Assembly (NCBI GenBank): GCA_016748015.1
Contig: JAAOMT010000197.1
Coordinates: 344,388-408,387 of the forward strand
Length of the DNA stretch: 64,000 nucleotides
Origin: Geosiphon pyriformis uo1
Taxonomy: Eukaryota > Fungi > Glomeromycota
Direction of reading: 5' to 3'
Within the stretch, counting starts at the first letter, position 1; the number at the start of each line of letters is the position of its first letter. The notes below the pieces were generated by a model that was not told where the DNA came from, made no database searches, and was given only the letters and a program-made list of their open reading frames with translations. Positions 55,702 through 64,000 of the stretch are shown here, piece after piece. Both the position numbers and the translations under genes were made by a program.

Positions 55702-58700
55702 ATGCAGGAACCTCTGATGTACGTAAACTTAAGTTACTTTCTTTTCAATACCCACTACTTGCTGAGTGCATAACGTAACGATTGATCTTACACACTGGGT
55801 GAGGTCACGTAGTCAACGAAGAAGCCTTCAATATCTACAATAATTATATGACATATTGCAATAATTATTATGTAGAGACCCCGAGAAAGACGCGGTCAAT
55901 AACGACACTGGCCTCCCTAATGGTCTTTCAAGAATACGCGAAGAACCAACAAACTCCAAAAGATCTGATCAAAGTCGAACGTCCTCGTCGAGAATAGTTC
56001 ACCACTTGGAACTCTCTCGATTCTCTACTGAGTCATTGCATAGTTACAGCTTCGTTACAAATGATGCTACCATGATGGAGAGTCGGCAGAATATCCTAAA
56101 AAGATCCATTGACTTTATGAGGAGTAAAATAAAAGGCTGGAAAATACCAGTCGTACAACAAACGTCGCAAATCACAAATTCCTCCGATATTATACTGCCA
56201 TCTGACCCCTGGAAGGACGGCGTTGGTTCTCATAGACCACGAATTAAAAGGACCTTGACCGATATTCCTGCCGTGTACCCCTCCTTAACGAGTGCATCAC
56301 TACATTCTCCAACGAGATTCGTCCCACAGAATCAAGCCATAATTACAACAGATAATGAAGGCAAGATCCTGAACGCAAATGATATAGCCTGTCTAATATT
56401 CGGATATGCGCGTAGCGAATTATGTAGTGTTAAAGCTCTTGATTTAATCGCAAGCCCTTTCAGGGAAAAGCAACAGCGTGCCCTCGCTGCTAGACCACAG
56501 AACGGAGAGGCTAGCGGTGAGGTTGTTTTAGCATGTGGAAAAGTGGTGAGTTACAATTTGGAGTCTAAATGTACAACTAATCAATCTCATATTCTTGAAT
56601 TTTACCACTTTCTCATCCTTATCTGGTCAAACTTTTTTAAAGATACCAATACAAAAGAGGAATAAAGAAACCTCCGCCGCATCACTTTGGCTTAAAGGCA
56701 AATGTGATGATTGTGGCAATACAATATTCATTTGGATCTTTGAAGAGATAATCGAATCAGTGATGGATGTTCAAATAGATAACAATGTAACTAAAATTTC
56801 TACCTACCATTGACAAATAATTTATTATATTTCCCTTTTTCTGATAATATTGTTGATATCAAAAAACAAAACAGGGAATGATAATTGAAGCAACCGGGGA
56901 AGTAAAAGCCCTCTATGGATATAACTCCGAAGATCTAGTTGGCGTATACATAGTCGATTTAATTCCCGCTCTTCCCACTATTTCCCCTAGCGATACCGAT
57001 GGAGATCACCTCATGACTGAGCTGGAATCCGCCAAAAACAATGCTTCCGGATCACCCACCAGAGGCTTGGACATTGAACAAATCAACCGAACAAAGTTTT
57101 ACGGCAGTCGGTCCAAAAATGGAGGAAATTTTCCAATAATCGGGAAAATTTCATCGTCAATCCAAAAACAAGATTCGAATATTGCCGAGACATTGTCTTC
57201 TGAATTATTTAGGTTGAAGATAATTTCCATACCAACAATAGCTGGAGTGATAACGGCACACGCATCTGGAATAATTCAGTCCTGCAACTCAGATTTCGTC
57301 AAATATCTGTTTGGCGTAAGCGGTCAGGAGTTGATTGGGAAACGAAATATTAATACCTTGCTGCCGCAATTCCCCCGACTCATTGATATTTTAGCCGCGG
57401 AACATGCGCTCGTCGAAGGAATCGTCATCTCCGAAAATACTTTTCGACATGCTGTTGCAATGCTTTCGTCTCCACCCTCTCCAAAGCATAGTACTTGCAC
57501 ACTTTTGAAAGATTTTACAGTAAACCCTCCTGTTCAAGGTCCATCTGGCATCATCGCCATCCATCGAGATGGAACAGAGTTTGAAGTTGATATACAGATG
57601 CGTGTTGTAGAGTCACCTGAGGAACCATTACATGCACTTTGGATAACGTATGATCGCACAGTGAACTGTGCAGCTGGGGCTGTTGAAGAGCAAATTGAAG
57701 CCCATTGGCAACCTGCACAAAAAGAGGAAGACGAGGAGAAATTCCCCATAGATAAATTCCTCGCTGCTGGCGGTAAGCCCCCAATTACAGGTTCCTCTAA
57801 CGGTAAAGTAGATCAGCGACAAATAACAACACCTCCCGTTCTATCTCCTAATCAAGAAATGGAAAATTTCGATCCATACATGTACTCGGCGATAACTCAG
57901 GGAAAAACTATCAATGATTTTAATATTATCGAAAATCTTGGCCAAGGGGCATATGGCCAGGTCAAATTGGCCTTTGATAGAAAAGATCCTGACCAAGTAA
58001 GTTTATATTCATTTCATTCCAATACAATCATTAAATCTGTATTTAATGATTTTGATTTTCGCCTCTTAGAAGCGGGTAGTACTTAAGTATGTCGTCAAAG
58101 CTAGAATCTTAGTGGATTGTTGGACGCGCGATAAAATTCTTGGCACTGTCCCGTTGGAGATTCACATCTTGCACACTTTACGACGTATACCTCATCCAAA
58201 TATTGTCCAGATGGGTAAGTATTCTCTTTTAAAAACCAAAAGAGTATTCTATTTCATCATGATATTTATTGAAAATCCTCCAAACTCGGCTACAGTTGAC
58301 TTTTTCGAAGATGAGGATCATTATTATATCGAAATGGGACTTCATGGCGCTGGAATGGACTTATTTGATTATATCGATATGAACCAGCACATGCCAGAAG
58401 GGGAAGTCAAATCAATCTTTCGGCAAGTTGCTCGTGCTATACAACACCTACATCACAATAAAATTGTACATCGGGATATCAAGGACGAAAATGTCATTCT
58501 TGATGAGCATGGTAACGTTCAGTTAATAGATTTTGGCTCCAGCGCATATATTAAAGAAGGAAGAAAATACGACACGTTTTGCGGCACCCTCGACTATGCG
58601 GCACCGGAAGTACTAACCGGCAAGAAGTACGACGGTCCTCCTCAAGACATATGGGCTTTGGGAATTCTTTTGTATACCTTAATGTACCAAGAAAACCCTT

Positions 58701-58929
58701 TTTATAACATTGATGAGATTCTCGAGCATGATCTCAGGATCCCCTTCATACTTTCTGAAGGTAATTTCAGCCATGGTTCTCAATTGGTTATTTCCAGGGC
58801 TTCCCTCTAATTTCAATTTCCTCTTTCTTAGGCGCTCTTGATTTAGTTAAGCGAATGCTTAACCGAAACGTTGATCTACGTCCAACCATTGATGACGTAT
58901 TAAGTCATCCATGGTTACGGGACGAATAG
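55702..58929 (+). CDS. PAS domain-containing Ser/Thr kinase (PSK1/PASK-like)
   Basis: PAS segments (QAIITTD..ILNANDIACLIFGY) precede the kinase motifs LGQGAYGQV, VPLEIHIL, HRDIKDEN, DFG and GTLDYAAPE; ends HPWLRDE*. The start is inferred from splice phase (MQEPLI|DPEK). Confidence 0.9.
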
Positions 58930-60299
58930 CCAGATTGGGAATGTGTAAATAAGTCGCAGTACATTTTTAAATTTTCCAGAAACAAACATTTTCTTATGAG
59001 ACTGGGTGTGGTATTTGATAATCTTAAAATTGGGAGCAATAGCTGAAGCGGAAGTTCGGTTTTTGCTCTTATTATGCGTTTATCATCTTAATTCCGGCCC
59101 ATTGGTTTTTACCATAATTCATTTTTAGACATAGAAGCCTTATTTTTTCGTTCCTAGATATCACTTGCATTAACATGGTTCAACCAACAGATATATCCTG
59201 TATATTTCATGTCACCAATACATAATATTAAATTTATTATCGGCATACACCTTTTTGAGACCAAAATTTTTTAGAATTTATCAAAACTCTTAGAACTAAA
59301 GCTGTCAGAAGGCTTCGATTCCTTAAGACAAGTGACAGAATACTAATCTTTAAACTTTCATTGGTAATATTATTTGCCCATCCTAATGGCTGTTAGCGCT
59401 TTTATAACTTTATCCTTCCTCCTTAAGCGATAGAAACGGAACCTCATCTTGAAAAATCCGCAGATTTAACATGTGTAAAACTGCTATTTTTAGCTTAATA
59501 TGTATGGCGCAAAACTACACCTTTTTGTTTTTCGCCTAATTTACCCCCAAGGTGTTTCGACGAGCTAAAGAACTCAAGAAACAAAGCCTATTACATTTCT
59601 GGAACAAACGCAGACATTCTGTGTTCAACTGTGTGATACGTCAAAAAGCTAGGGGAAACAGAAACAATAAAGCATAATCGGTAAATATATTCGCAGATAT
59701 CATTGTTTTATCTTATGAACAATTTCCGCAAAAAACCAAATATGAATGTTGTAGAGGTGTCATATCGTACAATTACCAGGCATTGAACTCAATTGGTTAC
59801 AAGAAAAATCTACCCAAGAAGTTGTTAACAGAGGTCGAAAGCAATGAATGGGATTTTATAGCTCAATCAATTGTAATTAACCTAAAAAATTAGTTATTGA
59901 AAATACTTATGAAAATAATTGAATATTGATTTTTTATCAAATTTATTTTACAATTTATGAACTTTTAAACACGATATTTGATGATGAATTTGTGTTAGTT
60001 TTCATTTTGCAAAAAAAAGTAACCGATCCCTGAATTGCTTCTAGATTCAGCGAAAAATGACTTTTGGATTTCGCTCAAATACATCATACTTCTATTTTAG
60101 ACATATTTTATCAGCCTTCCGCCCATCAGACCTTCGGTAATGCTCACGTGAGTTTTGATCACATTCAAACATTATGGTAATTTGAAATAGTAAATATTAC
60201 GCAAAATGAAATCAGGGTTAGTATATTATGATTCCCTTGATAAAGATGCTTGTTTCAATATATATTTGTTCGATTTGCTCTAATAACTATTTCCCAAAG

Positions 60300-61373
60300 A
60301 TGGCAAATATCTTAAAACCCCTACAAGATATCTTCACTCCACAATTCCTCTACCCTCTTATTAAGTTATCGTTTGTCTTTCTTCTAGTTTTGATAGGCAG
60401 TCGTAGGATTGTTTTGTTCTTGAATCCTTCGCATAAACCTGGTGAAATTGGAAGATTAAATGTTCCATTTCGAAATTCGGGCTTCCGAAGGCTTTGTCAA
60501 GATGTGAATGGTCTTTTTGATAATCTTGTGAAGAAGATTGACGGAACTAATCGTGATAAAACTGTCAATCGGGAAAGTTCGGTGCCTCAGCGATTTTCTG
60601 GTTTCATTCCTGCAGTTGATGGCAAGTTCAACTAGATTTCATATAAGTTCATAGATTCATTCTGAAAGTTTTTGAACTTTTTAGTTCGAGATGATGGAAA
60701 GGGTATTTCAGTGCATGGTATGAATAAACCATATTTGAGATAAATTCATGTTTCGAAAGCTCTTAAATGTAAGGCTAAAATTTTCATTTTGATCCAGTTG
60801 ACCTTCCTGGAGTTTCCAAGGAGAACATCAAAAGTAAGATTTGTTTTCATACTCGATATCCATGAGATTTGTAAAGTGAATTAAGCTTTATTTTGTACCA
60901 TCTAAAAAGTCGATCTTCATGAAAATCATCTTGTGATCAGGTGGGTCAATCGCTCTCTGTAATATCATAAAGTATCAACCAAGTACATCTTCACGGATTC
61001 ATGTTTAAATTAGTGGTAAAAGTAAGGATGAAGACCAAGAAAGCCTAGTTGATGGCTTTTTAATTCGCGAACGTCGATATGGGAAATTTTGGGTAAATTT
61101 TTTTTATGGATATTTTTCTCGACTTCATCAGAATTTATCATATTTTTGTTGGTGAATAGCGTTCCATTCCTTTGCCTTCGGCTGTAGATTCTTCAAAAGT
61201 GGAGGCGCGAATTGATCATGGTGTCGTTGAAATCAGGGTATTGTTCAAGCTCTACTTATTGCGGTTGTTTTGATTTAGTAAAAGTCCCAGACCAAATAGG
61301 AAAATTTAATCGCAACTTCTTACAGCTTCCACGCATCCAAGATGCTCCCGTTAAACAAATTAAGGTTGAATGA
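60300..61373 (+). CDS. Small heat-shock protein (HSP20/alpha-crystallin) with hydrophobic N-terminus, 7 exons
   Basis: Spliced translation: FIPAVD|VRDDGKGISVH|VDLPGVSKENIK|IDLHENHLVIS|G...ERRYGKFW|RSIPLP...ARIDHGVVEIR|LP...KQIKVE*. Confidence 0.9.
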
Positions 61374-61659
61374 ATTGATTTGTGCAATTATTCCATGATT
61401 GGTCTATCAAAGTAGTTTGCCAAGTGAAATTGTTTATGAAATCGATGAATAAAAAATGGATGGTAAAAGCATATTTGTAATAGGACTTCAATGTTTGTAT
61501 TTATGCTCTGGTGACAAACTGAGTAAGCAATTCGAGTTATATAAAGAAATAAGTTTTGATTCTTGTGGCAAGCCAACAGGAAACAAAAGACAACTTGAAG
61601 CGTAATTGTTAGACATTATCAAAAATTTTTTAACCGAAAAAAAAAAATCTAATGGTATC

Positions 61660-61872
61660 GATTGTAACACATCAATAATAGGCAACACAAAAAATTGCTA
61701 TATAACGCTTATTATTTCTTCAAAGAAAAATTTTTCAAACACTATTTTTGTTCTTTGAATTTTGCCATATTGACTACAAGTCTTTAATGTATAAGCTTAG
61801 TTTTAAATAATGACATAGATCTTTAATTCCTTAACGTTTGGTGATCAAGCATTGTCGAAAGTAATAATGCGC
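61660..61872 (-). mobile_element. Second Fanzor2 copy, 3'-end fragment truncated by an LTR
   Basis: Aligns with 17659-17935 (e.g. acacatcaataataggcaa, attgactacaagtctt, ttgtcgaaag). Confidence 0.85.
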
Positions 61873-62340
61873 TGTTACCAAGCGAAATTTGAGTTATCAA
61901 ATAGCATGAAATTACCTTATAATTTCTATCATTAAACAGCATATGTTATCATTTACATTTTATCACTTATTATTTAGATGCAATATTCCAAAATACTTAG
62001 AAATTCAATGAAATAGTTTACAGTTTGCAAGAAAAAGAGTGCTAGAACTTGAAATAATATTATAATTAGATGTATAAAAAAAAAACTTCTTTAAGAAAAT
62101 TGTATTTTACAATTAGATATTTTTCTTGAATAACATTAGTTATTACAAATTAACAAAATAGATTTTTTATTAAAAAACTAAACTCATCTTTAATTATTTA
62201 TTAGTTCAATTAAAATTCTGAAATTAACTAGTTACCAATTTTAATAAACCAAATTAATTATTCCAAATTTAAAGGAAAAACATTTTTTTAATAATATAAA
62301 AAAAACTTTTGTTAAGATTATTTTAATATATTAACTATTT
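61873..62340 (+). repeat. Partial LTR related to the Gypsy LTR family
   Basis: Begins tgttacca and shares ttatcacttattattta and gttaccaattttaataa blocks with the other LTRs. Confidence 0.7.
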
Positions 62341-62391
62341 ATATATATTAAAAAAAGAGTGATTTAAAAAACTCTTTGTCTCCTTAATTTT

Positions 62392-64000
62392 ATGAATACA
62401 ATCAGAGCAAAGAGTAAAAAAGCTGCACCTGATATCTGTCCTGAGATATCTAATAAAATTTCAACCAAAAGAGCTCTCTCTATTGTAGAAGCAACTAGGC
62501 AGAATGTTTTAGAAGCCTTTTCCTTATTCAGTAATTATAATAAGCTGCCTTTGGTAGCCATTAAAGCAACTTCTTCATTTTTGGCTGGTTTCTTATCAGT
62601 CAAAGTTTCCTCAAAGAGACACACTTGGGTTAGTTCTAGTATTGCCTCTACCCTGACTAAAAGCCCAAAAGTTTTTAATAATAGACTAGTAAATAAGCTG
62701 GTCTTTCCTTCTATAGATTCAACATCTGGTGCTTCTAGTACCACCTCTTCAAAAAAAATGGTCAAAAAGACCAAAAGTTCAGAAAAGTGGAGACAGTCGC
62801 TTGTCTCTGCTATTGTTACACCAAACCTCTTTGTGATTTCCAATAAGATCTTAGATAAGATCTCTATAGCATCATCTGGCATGTTGTCCAAGATGGGCCA
62901 AGATTAACCACTGGCTGTGTTGCCAAATGTGATGTCTTCTGATAGATTATTGCCAGTTTTAAAAGCAAAGCAATCTTTTCCTATCAAGTCATCTGTTCTT
63001 GGGAACTGGACTGATCAAATGGAAACTGAATCATCTCCTTCTCTAGTTTCTGGTGCTATTTCTGGTGGTGCTTAGGAAACTATTACTAGTCATTAAAGAT
63101 TTGCTGGATGGGTGACCTCTACTCTGGTGCCTGGTGCTACTTTTAAGATTAAATTGGCTCATGTTAAGGCTGTTTTTCAGTTAGTACATGGTTTCTTGGA
63201 TGCAAAGTTAGTATCAAAAGACAATGTAAAACTGTTTTGTGTGGAGTTTGCTTCTCAAGTGTCTTTAGAAGCTGCATTCTTAATTGAGCTTACAAGCTCT
63301 GTATATTTGGCCATCCTTAAAATTACCAAGTCTTTGGTAATTTCTGAGTCTGGTTCCCCTTCTGCTGCTGTTGTACTGTGTGATGTGCCTTTGGGTGTGT
63401 CTGCTGCTGATATTAAGACAGCTCTCTGTATGTTTGATAGTGTTACTTGTGTTGTACTGAAGTTTGCTGGTGTTTGGCAGTATGTGGTAGTTTATTTTAA
63501 AAAGTTGAACTCTGCTGTGTTTGCTTTGAATCATTGGTCAGTATTGGTGGGCAAGGATAGTGTTAGAATCTTTCCCTTGGTGAATCAAAATGAGACTATT
63601 TTGTCTCATGATAGATTTAAAACCAAGTTGGTCAATCTTTCTTCTGGCTGTACTACCTTTGAAATCAGTAATATGATTTTTTAGGTTGGTGGCCAGACTT
63701 GTTTCATTCCTTAGTCTCCTGATTCTAATCATTATCTCTGCTTTGCTCTAGTTATATTTGGCTCCCAAGTTGATTTGGATCTTACAGTTGCCAAAACTGG
63801 TACACTTAGAAAGTGCTGTATCTGGTAAGAGACTCCTAATTGTCAGCATTGTTTTCAGTATCAAGAAATAGGTCACTTGGCTGTAGACTGTGAGATTGCT
63901 TCATCTCCCTTTCTTAAGACTCCCAAGATATTTAAACCACGTTTTGTTGGTTTTTTGTCTTATGCTAAGACATTTGCTCTCCCTGTTATGTCTGAATTTT
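62392..64000 (+). mobile_element. Second LINE, ORF1 region with stops, runs off the window
   Basis: AVVLCDVPLGVSAADIK and WSVLVGKDSVR are homologous to the first LINE ORF1 (AVVLKEIPVGTSAEAV, WSILIGKDAVR). An eroded zinc knuckle (GHLAVDC) lies at ~63850. Confidence 0.85.

Overview
Fungal nuclear DNA with short spliceosomal introns. Gene content and transposon style suggest an early-diverging lineage, probably Mucoromycota/Glomeromycotina; this is an inference and no search was run. Bases 1-25.6 kb are gene-dense: ASI1/3-like membrane protein, LOA1/VPS66-like acyltransferase, EF-1alpha, peptidyl-tRNA hydrolase, an unknown tail-anchored protein, PRL/PTP4A phosphatase, RPL32, ICMT-family methyltransferase, PHO80-type cyclin and SNIP1/Pml1. 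This part also holds a decayed Fanzor2 (eukaryotic IS607-TnpB) element. Bases ~25.9-53.4 kb form an extremely AT-rich nest of transposons: a near full-length LINE with TSD, a two-LTR Ty3/Gypsy element with a dUTPase and an extra 3' ORF, solo LTRs, a MULE/FAR1-type transposase relic and an older Gypsy relic. All show strong C>T/G>A erosion. Bases 55.7-61.4 kb carry a PAS kinase and a small heat-shock protein. The window ends with a second Fanzor 3' end, a partial LTR and a second LINE ORF1. The most notable signals are two Fanzor ends that define a candidate omegaRNA boundary, the dUTPase/ORF3 Gypsy element, RIP-like hypermutation, CACAGTG-type termini at the TE block, three GC-AG introns, and structured RNAs in two long introns. 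Gene models were read by eye, so exon boundaries need RNA-seq confirmation.
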